A stretch of DNA of 64,000 nt from Alphaproteobacteria bacterium (GCA_964291285.2 OZ219789.1:224001-288000); one strand, 5' to 3'. Positions 34,482 to 45,300 are shown, numbered from the stretch's first letter. Notes: generated from the letters alone by a model not told the origin. Program-made: numbers and translations.

Positions 34482-35614
34482 CGCCCGCTCTCCTTCCCGG
34501 TCATGGCCTCGTGGACGATGCCGGAGATGCGCCCGGCCGCCTCGCGGACATGCTCGTCGGCGAGATGGGCGTAGCGTTCGGTGGAGGCGGTGTCGGCATG
34601 GCCGAGCAGGCGGCCGACGGTGTAGAGGTCGAGGCCGCTCATCACGGCATGGGAGGCGAAGGTATGCCGGCAGTCGTGGATGCGCACATCGTCCAGCCCG
34701 GCGAGACCGCGCAGCTTCTGCCAGCGCAGGCCGAGGTCGGTCATCGGGCCGTCGCCCTTCCCGTTCGGGAAGACGAAGCGTCCCTCGCGCGGCAGGCCAT
34801 TCAGGACGGCCCGCGCGGGCGGGGGAAGCTGGAGCGCCTTCGGTCCGGTCTTGGAGTCCGGCAACACCGCGCGGGTGTCCCGTATCCAGTCCCATTGCAG
34901 GCCGGCGATCTCGGACGACCGGGCGCCGGTGAACAGCAGCAGGCGGATGGCGGCGGCGGCCTGCCGGTCCTCCGCATGGTCGAGGACGAAACCGAGGCGC
35001 TTCAACTCGTCCAGGGACAGGAACCGCTCGCGCGGCGCCGTCCTGTAGCGCCGCATGTTGCGGCAGGGGTTGGAGCCCTGCGGGCGAAGGTCCCACAGCT
35101 CCGCCTGCCGCATCATCACCGAGAGCACCGGCAGGGTCCGGTTGGCGCTGCCGGGGGTTCCGCTGAGGGAATCGAACCAGCGCCGCACATCGGCGCGGTC
35201 GATCTTCGCGACGGGCATCGCGCCGAAGAAGGGCACGAGGCGGCGCTCGATCAGATGGGCGTTAGCCTTCCTCGTGGAGGGTTTCCAGCGCCGCCCCTGG
35301 CGGCGCATGAAGTCGGCCGCGAAGTCGGCGAACAGCGGCCCGGTCTCGCGGTCGGCTTTGGCTTCGGCGATGGCGGCAATGGCCTTCTCCCTCGCCTCGG
35401 CGGCGGTCATGTCGTCGGTCGTGCCGAGGATCGCCCTGGGCACGCCGAACTGGCGTGAGGTCCGGACGAAGAAGGTCTTCGTCCCGTTCCCGGCGACGGT
35501 GAAGCCGAAGGCGGGCAGGTCCCTGTCGATGACGGTCAGGCCGTATCGTCCGGGTTTCTTCTCCCTGAAGGTGCGGCGGACCGTCCGCTCGTTGACGGGG
35601 GCATGGATGCGCAT
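34478..35614 (-). CDS. Tyrosine integrase 1 (Arm-binding domain + catalytic domain)
   Basis: TGARSSE, DSKTG, IHDCRH, LLGH, TERY. Confidence 0.9.
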   Translation of the reverse strand: MRIHAPVNERTVRRTFREKKPGRYGLTVIDRDLPAFGFTVAGNGTKTFFVRTSRQFGVPRAILGTTDDMTAAEAREKAIAAIAEAKADRETGPLFADFAADFMRRQGRRWKPSTRKANAHLIERRLVPFFGAMPVAKIDRADVRRWFDSLSGTPGSANRTLPVLSVMMRQAELWDLRPQGSNPCRNMRRYRTAPRERFLSLDELKRLGFVLDHAEDRQAAAAIRLLLFTGARSSEIAGLQWDWIRDTRAVLPDSKTGPKALQLPPPARAVLNGLPREGRFVFPNGKGDGPMTDLGLRWQKLRGLAGLDDVRIHDCRHTFASHAVMSGLDLYTVGRLLGHADTASTERYAHLADEHVREAAGRISGIVHEAMTGKESGR

Positions 35615-35791
35615 GGGCGTGTCTCCGTTGTCTGTTCCCTCGGGCGCCGTCCGTCCCGGGGGAACGGAACGGCGCTCCTGAACGGACAACGCGACCCGCG
35701 CGCGGGACCGCGGTCAGAGGCCGGGCCAGGCCCAACCGCCTGTCACGCAACGGAAAACTGCCGACCGATGCACACCGGCCGGGCCTCGCTC

Positions 35792-35818
35792 CCTGCATCA
35801 AGGATGCGTCGGGTGTGA
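35792..35818 (+). other. Putative MOBF-type oriT/nic site, copy 2 (predicted nick 35816/35817)
   Basis: 27/27 identical to 13782-13808 with dissimilar immediate flanks. Confidence 0.65.
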
Positions 35819-36260
35819 GAACCGAGGCCGCCCCGGGCGGTCCGAAGCGGCCTGATTTGCTGCATTGACGTTGGGGGGATCGACGCCGGCGAGAGCGGCG
35901 GAGGGGAGCCGCCGCGGCGTGTGAGCGGCGGGCTGTGCGGCCGGAGGTGCAGGCAGTCGTGCGCAGCACGCTGCCGAAGGCTCGGGCGGTCATGTCCGCA
36001 CGGGTGCGGACAGCGTTGCACGGCGTGGTGCGGAGCGCGGTGTGCGGCGGAGCCGTCACCGGCGAGGCACGGAATGCAGCGGCGGCGAGCCGGGGCGGTG
36101 CCCGCAGCCGGCGCAGCCGGCCAGGGCGAGCGGGGCGCGTTCGCCGACGAGCGCGGTGCGCAGCGCCGGCGCGAGGAGACCGTTGCGGTCCGGCGGGCGG
36201 TGTGCGCATACGAAAACGGGCCACGCCGGAGCGACGACATGGCCCGTCGAGGTGCTGCGG

Positions 36261-37187
36261 TCAGGCGGCGCAGCGCTGCACGGGGATGCCGAGGCTGCGG
36301 GCCTTGTCGACGAGGTTGTCGGTGATGCCGGAGCCGGGGAAGGCGATGACGCCCTTCGGCAGGAGGTTGAGCAGTTCGTCGTTGCGGCGGAAGGGTGCGG
36401 CGCGACCGTGGCGGTCCCAGTCGGGCTTGCAGACGACCTGGTGGACGCCGTTGCGCTCTGCCCAGCTTGCGGCGATCTTCTCGACGCCGGGGCCGCCGCC
36501 GTGGACGAGCACCATGTCGGCATACTTGGCGCGGACCTTGTCGAGGCGCTCGATGACGGCCGCCGGGTTTGCGATGTCCTTGCCGCCGGCGATGGCGACG
36601 AGGGTTCCCTGGGGCAGGTGAGCCTGTGTCTTGCGGTCCTTTCGGGCGCGGACGAAGTCGCGGGCGTCGATGGCAGCGGAGGTCAGATGTCCGGTCTGGC
36701 TGGCGTGGCTGCCGCGCCGGGGCCGCCATGTGTCGCCGGTGTCTGCGCGGTAGGCTTCGGCGGCTTCGTCGCGGAGAGTCTCGAAGGCGTCGCGGCGTGC
36801 GGTGAGGCACTGTGCGCGGTCGGTCACGAGTTCCAGTTCCAGCGACCTGATCTCGGAGCCGTCCTGTGTGCGCTGGAGGTCCTGGAGTTCGGGGGTGAGC
36901 CTGTCGGCGGCGCGGTCGAGGCGCTGTGTCTGGGCGTGGAGCATGTTGACGAAGCCCCAGAGGAGGTGTTCGCGTTCGTCGGCCATCTGGTATCCGTCGG
37001 GCGCGACGCCCTGGCTGAGGATGCGGAAGGCTTCGGCGACGGCGGCGATGGCATCGTCCTCGTCCCAGACGTCGCGGGTGTCGAACTCGTCGCGCTCCGG
37101 GGTTGCGCCGAAGAGTGCGGCGTTGTCGCAGACGATCGCGGTTGCGGACTGCGCTGCGGTTTCGGTGGTATCGGTATGGAAGGTCAT
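36261..37187 (-). CDS. DUF2493 (SLOG-family) domain protein, copy 2
   Basis: Near-identical to 14586-15512. Confidence 0.8.
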   Translation of the reverse strand: MTFHTDTTETAAQSATAIVCDNAALFGATPERDEFDTRDVWDEDDAIAAVAEAFRILSQGVAPDGYQMADEREHLLWGFVNMLHAQTQRLDRAADRLTPELQDLQRTQDGSEIRSLELELVTDRAQCLTARRDAFETLRDEAAEAYRADTGDTWRPRRGSHASQTGHLTSAAIDARDFVRARKDRKTQAHLPQGTLVAIAGGKDIANPAAVIERLDKVRAKYADMVLVHGGGPGVEKIAASWAERNGVHQVVCKPDWDRHGRAAPFRRNDELLNLLPKGVIAFPGSGITDNLVDKARSLGIPVQRCAA

Positions 37188-37561
37188 GTGGTTTTCCTTT
37201 CGGTTTTCACGTTCGGGGCCGATCCCCGTTGTGATGTCCTGTCGGGGCACGCGCGCGCAGCAGAAGCACCCGGGCGTAGAAGCTCCTGGGCGGAGTGGTG
37301 CGGAAAGTCGGCGAGTGGTGCGGAAGATCGCCCTGCGATCTTCACGGTCGTCGACTTTCACGGTCCGCCCTTGGAGCTTCTTGCCCGGGCCGCAGGGAGC
37401 GGAGCGACCGGAGGACCCCGCAGGGGTTGCTGTCGCGAGCACGTGTGACACGATTGGAGATCACAGCGGGGTGGCGTATTTCTCTCGCCCTGCACGGACC
37501 CCATCGTCGTTTCGTCCCGGCACGGCGCCGGGAAGGATTTCCGGCCCTGCCCGCCTTTGCG

Positions 37562-37789
37562 TCAGTTCCACAGGGGATGGGAGTCGACCCGCTGCCGGGC
37601 GGTCTCGCGGATGCGGGCGCGGTCGTGGAGATAGACGGGGCCGCGCGGGTCTTCGTCGAGGTGTATGGCGAACACCCTGTGCCCCGGCCGGGTGCTGTCG
37701 TCGAAGGCGTGGACGTCTCCGACATGATCGCCGTCCCGGTAGATGCGGGATTCGTCGGGGGCGATGCGGCGGAAGGAGATGGTGCTCAT
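37562..37789 (-). CDS. 75-aa hypothetical protein, copy 2
   Basis: Near-identical to 15901-16128; ATGA overlap with the DUF4326 gene. Confidence 0.7.
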   Translation of the reverse strand: MSTISFRRIAPDESRIYRDGDHVGDVHAFDDSTRPGHRVFAIHLDEDPRGPVYLHDRARIRETARQRVDSHPLWN

Positions 37790-38142
37790 GACGCGCCTCC
37801 TTCCGTCCGGCCGGTGTTGCGCTGCGCCAGCTGCCCAAATGCCCATTCCGCGGCCCGGGCGAGGACATCGCCGTGGCAGGGCAGCGGCTCGCACCAGCAG
37901 GCGAGCCAGCAGCCGTCCAGTTCGGCCAAATCTTCGAGGGTAATCTCGCCCGCGCGGATGCGGCGCCAGAGGTCGGCGCGATAGCGGGCGATTGCCTGCG
38001 CGCGGTCCTGCCCGGTGCCGATGCGGAACGGATTGCCCCACCTGGTGCGGCGGTCGATCAGAACGGTGTTGTCGACGACCTGCGCGTATTCAAACGCCTC
38101 GCGCAGCCGGGGCTCGGTCTTCAGGTTGACGACGGCTTTCAT
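37786..38142 (-). CDS. DUF4326 domain protein
   Basis: IDR.TRWGNPF and LACWC.PLPCHGDVL signatures. Confidence 0.85.
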   Translation of the reverse strand: MKAVVNLKTEPRLREAFEYAQVVDNTVLIDRRTRWGNPFRIGTGQDRAQAIARYRADLWRRIRAGEITLEDLAELDGCWLACWCEPLPCHGDVLARAAEWAFGQLAQRNTGRTEGGAS

Positions 38143-39180
38143 GGACTCCCTCCACTCCTCGGGTCGGCTTGCCCGACCCTCCGCTCTCCTCTTCCTCCCC
38201 CGGACCGGGAGCCCGCTCCGGCCTGCGGGCCGGAGGCGCAGGAGGGGGTGCGGAACAGCGGCGCGAAGCGGGCGCGGAGCGTTGCCGGGCCGAGGGCGAC
38301 GAGGTCGTCGTTGAAATCGTTGCCGGCGGGCAGGATGACGGTGGCGGCGACGCCCGCCCGCGCGCAGCGCCGGGCGAGGCGTTCGGCCGCGAGCGCGCCG
38401 TGCTTGTCATTGTCCTGCGCGATGACCAGCCGCGCGAGACCGGGCGGCGGCGCGAACGCGCCGAGGCTCCCGGCCGAGAGCGCGGCGGCGGCCGTGATCT
38501 CGGGCACGGCGGTGACCAGCGAGAGGACCGTCTCGATGCCCTCGCCGACGACGAGCGGCGCGTGGCCGGCAGGCGCGCCGAAGCGCACCGCGAGGCCGTG
38601 GATTCGGCCGAGCGCCTTGCGCGGCGCGGCGATGTCCGCCTTGGCGGGTGCGCGGGGATCGAGCCAGGTGCGCTGCACGCCGAGGATGGCGCCGTCGCCG
38701 CCGGTGACGGCGGCGACCAGCGCCGGGAAGCGGCGCACTGCCGGGCCTTCGCGGTAGCGAAGCTCCGGGTGATAGCGCAGCGCCGCGAAGCGGCAGCGCG
38801 CGAGCCCGCGCGCGTGGAGATAACGCTCGGCGTGGGTGTCGGCGATGGCGCGGCAGCGCCGCCACAGGCGGCGGGCAGTCTCTGTCGCGTCCCAGGGCGC
38901 GTCCGGGGCTCCCGGATACCCGGAACAGGTCCGGGCACTGTCCGGGGCAGGCTTCAGGGCGAGGAAAGCGCGCGCCTCGTCGAGCGCCGCGCGCAGCGTC
39001 GGCGCGCCCGAGCGGTAGCGGACCAGATCGAGCAGGTCGCCGTGCGTGCCCCGGGCCGCATCGGTCCACTTGCCCGGCGTGCCGGGTCCGGAGAGGCGGA
39101 CGAAGAGCGAGCGTCCGCGGGCGCCGTCGAGGTCGCCGCAGATCCAGTAGCGCCCCTGCCGGCGGCCATGGGGCAGATAG
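38139..39180 (-). pseudogene. TOPRIM-domain primase-like protein, 5'-truncated by IS1634
   Basis: GKWTD..HGDLLDL, GVQRTWL, VVGEGIET, IAQDND, DFND; no start codon before the IS. Confidence 0.8.
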
Positions 39181-39331
39181 CCCGACTTCCGCAACTCGGC
39201 TTGAGAATCGACTGATTTGACGGTTTTCCGGCGCGAGAAGTGTCGGATTTCGGTGCAGTACCTCTCGGGACCGGCTTGTAGTGCCGACCTACCCCCTTGA
39301 TCGGGCTGGCGAAGATCCGGACGCTGCGCTG

Positions 39332-41080
39332 ATGTTCGTGCGCTGCAAGAGACGCTTCAAGGACGGCAAGGAGCACCGCTACTGGAGCGTTGTGGAGAAC
39401 GTCCGGGTCCACGGCGGTCGGGTTGTTCAGCGTCAGGTGCTCTATCTCGGGGAGATCAACGACAGCCAGCGAGCGGCGTGGTGCCGCTCGATCGAGGTGG
39501 TGGAGGGCAAGTCGCGATCACGGCAGATGGCGCTGTTTCCCGAGGACCGGGAGGCGCCGGCGCTGACTTGCGAAGTGGTGAAGATCGACCTCTCGCAGGT
39601 GGCGCTTCACGACCCGCGCCAGTGGGGGGCGTGCTGGCTGGCGCTGTCCTTGTGGGACCGCCTGGACCTGGACCGCTTCTGGGAAGAGCGGCTGCCGGCG
39701 AGCCGGCAAGGCACGCGGTGGCTGGACATCCTGAAGATCCAGGTCTGCTACCGGCTGATCGACCCGGGCAGCGAGTGGCGCCTTCACCGTCACTGGTATG
39801 AGCACAGCGCGCTTCGCGATCTTCTGGGTGGCGAGCGGGCGATCGCCGACGACACACTCTATCGCTGTCTCGACAAGCTGCTGGCGCACAAGCAGGGCTT
39901 CTTCTCGTTTCTGCGCGACCGCTGGGCGACGCTGTTCGAGGCGCGCTTCGACGTGCTGCTCTACGACCTGACCTCGACCTACTTCGAGAGCGATCCGCCG
40001 TTCGATGACAAGCGCCGCTTCGGCTACAGCCGGGACAAGCGGCCCGACTGCGTGCAGGTGGTGATCGCCCTGATCGTTACGCCGCAGGGCTTTCCGCTGG
40101 CCTATGAGGTGATGCCGGGCAACACCTCCGACGACACCACGCTGGCGGCGTTCCTCAAGAAGATCGAGGATCAGTATGGCCGCTCCGAGCGGGTGTGGAT
40201 CATGGACCGCGGCATCCCCACCGAGGAGACGCTGGCCGCGATGCGCGAGGGCGAGGCGCCGGTGCGCTACCTGGTGGGCACGCCCAAGGGCCGGCTGACG
40301 CGGCTCGAGAAGGTGTTCCTGGGCCTGCCCTGGCAGGAGGTGCGCCAGTCCGTGACTGTCAAGCTTCTGGTCGAGGATGGCGAGCTCTACGTCCTGGTGC
40401 GCAGCGAGGGGCGGCAGGTGAAGGAACGCGGCATGCGCCGGCGCCGGCTGAAGAGGCTGTGGCGTCGATTGGCCGAGTTGCAAGGGCAGTCGAACAGCCG
40501 GGATCAGTTGTTGCTCAAGCTCGGCGCCGCCAGGAAGGAGGCCGGCCGGGCCTGGAGCCTGGTCGACATCACCGTGCCCGGGACCGACAGCGAACTCGCC
40601 GCCAACGGCTTCTCATTCCGCCTGCAGCGCGACCGGCTGCGCCAGGTCCGCCGCCGCGAGGGCCGTTACCTGCTGCGATCCAACATGGTCGCCGAAGACC
40701 CCGCCACGCTGTGGCATCTGTACATGCAGCTCGTCGAGATCGAGCAGGCGTTCAAGGAACTCAAGCACGACCTCGCGATCCGCCCCATCTTCCATCAGCG
40801 CCAAGAGCGCATCGAGGCGCATATCTTCGTCTCGTTCATCGCCTACTGCCTGCTGGTGACCCTGAAGAACCTCGCCCGGCCGCGCGCCCCGGGCCTCACC
40901 CCACGCGCCATCCTTGAGGCCTTCGCCACCATCCAGATGGTGGACGTCCATCTGCCAACCACCGACGGCCGGCACCTCGTCCTGCCGCGCCACACCCGGC
41001 CGAACAAGGAGCACGAGCTACTGCTGCAACAGCTCGGCATGACCTGGCCGCAGCAACCCGCACCCCGGATCTCCGCCTGA
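39332..41080 (+). CDS. IS1634-family transposase
   Basis: KDGKEHRYWSVVE, LYDLTSTYFE, GYSRDKRPD, IMDRGI, IEQAFKELK. Confidence 0.93.
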   Translation: MFVRCKRRFKDGKEHRYWSVVENVRVHGGRVVQRQVLYLGEINDSQRAAWCRSIEVVEGKSRSRQMALFPEDREAPALTCEVVKIDLSQVALHDPRQWGACWLALSLWDRLDLDRFWEERLPASRQGTRWLDILKIQVCYRLIDPGSEWRLHRHWYEHSALRDLLGGERAIADDTLYRCLDKLLAHKQGFFSFLRDRWATLFEARFDVLLYDLTSTYFESDPPFDDKRRFGYSRDKRPDCVQVVIALIVTPQGFPLAYEVMPGNTSDDTTLAAFLKKIEDQYGRSERVWIMDRGIPTEETLAAMREGEAPVRYLVGTPKGRLTRLEKVFLGLPWQEVRQSVTVKLLVEDGELYVLVRSEGRQVKERGMRRRRLKRLWRRLAELQGQSNSRDQLLLKLGAARKEAGRAWSLVDITVPGTDSELAANGFSFRLQRDRLRQVRRREGRYLLRSNMVAEDPATLWHLYMQLVEIEQAFKELKHDLAIRPIFHQRQERIEAHIFVSFIAYCLLVTLKNLARPRAPGLTPRAILEAFATIQMVDVHLPTTDGRHLVLPRHTRPNKEHELLLQQLGMTWPQQPAPRISA

Positions 41081-41292
41081 CGGCACACGGCGCCGCCTCT
41101 CCGTTCGCCGCCTTGTAGTGCCGACCCTCGGGGAGACGATCAAGGCTATTCAATGAGTTATACCAACGGTCGTTGATTGGAACCTATAGCAGAGCCGCCC
41201 TCCGCAGCTCGCCTCCTGAGCCGAGGCCTCCTACTGCAAGAGGTAATCTCCGCCGAGAGAGGCTAATCGGTTCTTATCTGTGGCCGGTGGTA

Positions 41293-41366
41293 TTAGCATC
41301 CTCATGACCCCCGAGTTGCGGAAGTCGGGTTAGCATCCTCATGACCCCCGAGTTGCGGAAGTCGGG
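41293..41366. repeat. 2 x 37-bp tandem repeat of the IS right end
   Basis: TTAGCATCCTCATGACCCCCGAGTTGCGGAAGTCGGG twice. Confidence 0.93.
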
Positions 41367-41504
41367 TTAGGTAAGGCCGGTCAAGCTCCCCAAGACGGCA
41401 AGCAGGAGGACCAAGCAGGAGGACATAGCCGAGAAGACGGTAAATGTGGAAATAGAACCGAGGGCCACGTGCGGAGTTGGACGATGATGCCCGGAAGTAG
41501 AGCG

Positions 41505-42287
41505 CTATTGCAGCAGCTGGCGGATTCGATCTTGCCAGCTTTTGGTATGGATAATCCTGTGTCGATGTAGATTGCCCTGAAGGATTTCACCCTTTGTCAT
41601 TTGCGATAGCTGATGCCATTCGAGGTCGAAGACATAGGTGGCGTTATCGAGCATGCTGCTTTCCAGGACAGCAAGGCCCTTCGTCTTGAATATGTAGGCG
41701 ACATACGATCTGAAGCCTTGCTCGCCGATATAGACTTCGTCGGGCGAGGAGGAGGCAAGTGTCTCGTGGCGGAAGAGGACCGGGGCGGATTCGCGTGGAC
41801 TGCGGGATTCGAGAGTATCGATGACATGTTGGCGGACGCGGCTCAAAGGATGCTGGCCGGGGGGCAGGAGGGTCCAATTAACGTGGCGAATGGTGGGCGA
41901 TGGTTCGGGGTCGGGAAGCGCCGCCATTTCGTCTGGTTCAGGAGCGTTTTGGTATTGCTCGCCGATTGGGTCGGGGCTGGAAGGGCCGGTATATTCGAGC
42001 CAGGACGGGTCGATGTCCTCTTTGGTGAAGCGCTTTTTATCTAGGATGAGCGATACGAGGTGGCGGCGCTGGTCTCTGCATTCCGGTGAGGGGCAGATGG
42101 CGACGAGCCCCCAAGGATAGCGACCGTCGGCGGCCGCTTTGGTGTCATAGGCCTCGATGCGGAGCCAGCCCGGTTCGGCGTAGCATGGACTTCGGCAGAG
42201 AGAGCAGGACATGTGGCCCGACACGGTCTGCTTCCCGAGGAGGGACTCGATTTCATGCAGGCCGCGGGGACATTCCAATTTGCGCAT
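41505..42287 (-). CDS. Hypothetical protein with Cys-rich N-terminus
   Basis: 260-aa ORF co-oriented downstream of the RM gene; CSLC and CPSPEC. Confidence 0.65.
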   Translation of the reverse strand: MRKLECPRGLHEIESLLGKQTVSGHMSCSLCRSPCYAEPGWLRIEAYDTKAAADGRYPWGLVAICPSPECRDQRRHLVSLILDKKRFTKEDIDPSWLEYTGPSSPDPIGEQYQNAPEPDEMAALPDPEPSPTIRHVNWTLLPPGQHPLSRVRQHVIDTLESRSPRESAPVLFRHETLASSSPDEVYIGEQGFRSYVAYIFKTKGLAVLESSMLDNATYVFDLEWHQLSQMTKGEILQGNLHRHRIIHTKSWQDRIRQLLQ

Positions 42288-42363
42288 GTCGGAGGGGTCG
42301 ATTCGGGTGGGGGATAGAATAGTGTGCGGCTATGTGGGGAGCAATCAGGCGGCGGATTGGTTG

Positions 42364-45300
42364 CTAGGGGTCGGCGTGATCGGGAAGTATCTGGCGTACT
42401 GCGTCATCGATCTGGGCAAAGACGCCGCGTTCCTGGAGAAGATCGCGAATGCGATTGGACGTCGCAATTTGGCCAAGGCGTCCTTCTGCGGTTTCAATGA
42501 AGCGGCTTGCGATGGTTTCAGCGCGGGCGCAGAGGGCCGCGAGTTCCAGGTGAAGGGGGTCGTCTGGGTCGTAGCGGGGGATGGGAATGGCGCGCCAGGG
42601 GTTGTTGGTGAAGTGACGGCCACTGGTTCGGGAACCGACATAGGCGCGGTGTAGGGATGGAGCGTTGAGGAGTGCCACGAGAAAAGCGGCCTCGCCGGCG
42701 CTGGCTGCTGTGAAATAGTGGAGAGTGTGCTGGAGGATGATAGTGCCGGGAGGAATCCTGGCGGCTCGCATAATGTCTCCGGAAGTGGGGTGGAGGACCA
42801 ATGTCCGGTGTACGCGCTGGGGAACAAGCTGAACGGAGAGCCCGCCATTATAGTCGAGGCGTTCGATCAGGGTCTTCGGAGTGCTCCGGCCTTGTCCGCG
42901 GTGTTCCTGGTAGATGTGGTCGAGGTCCTGCCAGAAATCTGAATGGCGTTCGGGGACCGTCTCAAGAGTTCCGCGGGCGGTTGTTGGGATAATGGCCTTG
43001 GGAACCGCAGGATTGACCACGAAGGCGAAGAGTTCGTTGGACGTGAGGAGGTTACGAATCCATCGACGGCGGACGGTGCCCCTGTTGGTCGGCACCGTGT
43101 GCCAGGGTTTCTGTCTCGATGGCGCTGTTGTGACGGTTCGATAGCCTGCTCCGGCGCCTGGGAGGACGTCATGAATTACGCTCAGGACTTTTGGGGTGAT
43201 GGTGGCGCCCTGTCGAAAAAGGGGCGCGTTATTGTCATCAAGGAAAGAGGATGGGCGTTTGGGGAGAGGTCTTGGAGCCGGGCGGAAGGTGAGGAATTGA
43301 AGGGCCTCGGCGAACCCCATGTCGGCGGTGGGTTTGCTTTGCGGCGCTGTGACGACAATGCGAGGCGAGTTTCTCGGGACTAGGTTTCTGGACCGTCTTG
43401 TCTCGAACAGGACGCAGCAACGGCGGGCGTCGCCGGAACCGAATGGCTGGACGGCCTCAAGGTCGAATGATTGCGCGAGGAGCGATTGATGCCATTGGCG
43501 AAAGCGGGTCCAGCCGCCGCCTGTGAGGGCGGATTTCTTCACGATCCATGCGGCGGGATTACGCGCAGGCTCTGCAAGGTACAGTTCGCGGGCACGTTTC
43601 ACGAAGAGCTGGGCGATATCGAAATGCGGAGCGTCGCGGCCGCCCGTCCAGAGTTCCATGTCGCGGTCGGCGAAGTCTTCAAGGGCGCGCTTGCGATTCT
43701 CGACCTGAATTTCTGCCATGGAAACCCATGGGGGATTAGCGACGATACGGTTGACCTTCTGCTCTCTGAGACGGAGAGGTCCGGTCGTGTTGGAGATGTA
43801 CCAGGTCCAGACGGAGTTGCCTTCGCGTTCGATGATGGTGGTGAACGAGGCATGGCAGGCTTCCATGGCGGCGCGGTCCGGGAGGGGGACGCTCTGCGCA
43901 ATGTCGTCCGGAAGGGGTAGATGGTTCGCGGCGGCGTTGACAAGGCGCCGGAGGTTGTCCGCGAAGGCTGGCTGCTCAATGAAAGATCGAGGAAGCAGGA
44001 TTTCCCCGCCTCGTGGGGTGGATATGCGAATTTCGCCGTTTCGGGGGCGGAAGAGCGAGGACTCGTCGTCGGAGTTCACGAGCAGGGAGTCGCCTTCGTA
44101 GATCCGGATCGAGGATTTGCCGTCCGGCGGTTCGGCGGGAAGGGCCCGGAGCAGGGTGGCGCGGGAGATCTCGGCAGCGACAGGATGAACATCGATGCCG
44201 TTGACCAGGCGAGCGACGACCGCGGCCTTGCGGGGCGCGCTGTGGTCCGCGAGGAGAGGGCTGCGCAGGAGGCGTTGGGCAGCGAAATAAAGGAAGGTGC
44301 CGGAGCCGCAGGCGGGATCGAGAACGCCGACGCCGTCGAGTTCAGCGCGGCTGTTTTCGGCAGCTAATGCGGATCGGACGGCGGAGCGGCACCAGGCATC
44401 GTCGAGGACCTGTTCGACGAGAAGGGCGGCCAGCCAGTCTGGGGTATAGTACTCGCCGAATGCTTTGCGATCTTGCTCGCCGACGAAGCGTTCGTAGAGT
44501 GGTCGAAGAACGTCGCCGCGTTGGCGCCGCCATTCATATTCGTGGACCTGGTTCAGAAGATTCTGCGCCCAACGGCGTCCTCGGCCGGTGGCGAGTGTCC
44601 ATGACACGAATCCGTCGCCCAGGATGATGGCCGGGTCAGGGTCGGTAGCTGGCGTCGCGAGTGTATGGATGACGCCTCTGGCAAGGGCGACCAGGAAAGA
44701 GTGGGTGACGAAGAGGCGATGGCGCGCGGCGTCGCCTTCGGGTTCCATGCTGGAGGTTCGCAGCATTTCCAGCCAGAGCTGGGTCTTCGTGTCGGTCTCG
44801 GCGAGCTGGCGGCCTTGAAGACTCTCATAGATGTCTCGAAGGTTGTCGTGGGCCGGCTGAAAGATCGGGAGGGGGTTGGGCGGTATCCAAGGTCTGCCGA
44901 TCGGTTCGACGTCGAGAAGCGGGAGGATGCGGTGAAGGAGGTCGTTAGCGTCGCGAGGCCGGAACGAGTCGAGAGTGTGCTGGGCGATGGCGCCGCGGGC
45001 ATGGTCGTAACGCCATGCATGCCATATGCGGCCATCGGTGAGGATTCCGGTCCAGTGGCGGTCGGGTTGATCATCGAGCGGTAGGCGGTTCTGTTCGTCT
45101 TCCAGTTCGCTCAGGAGGTATCGCTCGAGTTGTTGGAACGGGGTCTCGTTGTTGTAGGTAGGCTGAGGTCGATGTGGGTCGTCGGCGAGGCCATCGGATT
45201 TGGTCTCGATGAATAGGCGACGGCGTGGAAGGTACAAGTCGGCTGGTCCCGCTGGGGTCCGATAGGTGATCCGGTTGTCGATATCAAAGGAGTCGAGGAG

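Larger units (their letters stand above)
39181..41366 (+). mobile_element. IS1634-family element with tandemly duplicated right end and no TSD
   Basis: IR CCCGACTTCCGCAACTCGG, with the right IR ending at both 41329 and 41366; flanks differ. Confidence 0.88.

Noticed and set aside
41293-41366. 37-bp repeats as a CRISPR array
   Set aside because: Only two abutting copies with no spacer; they are the IS1634 end; no cas genes.
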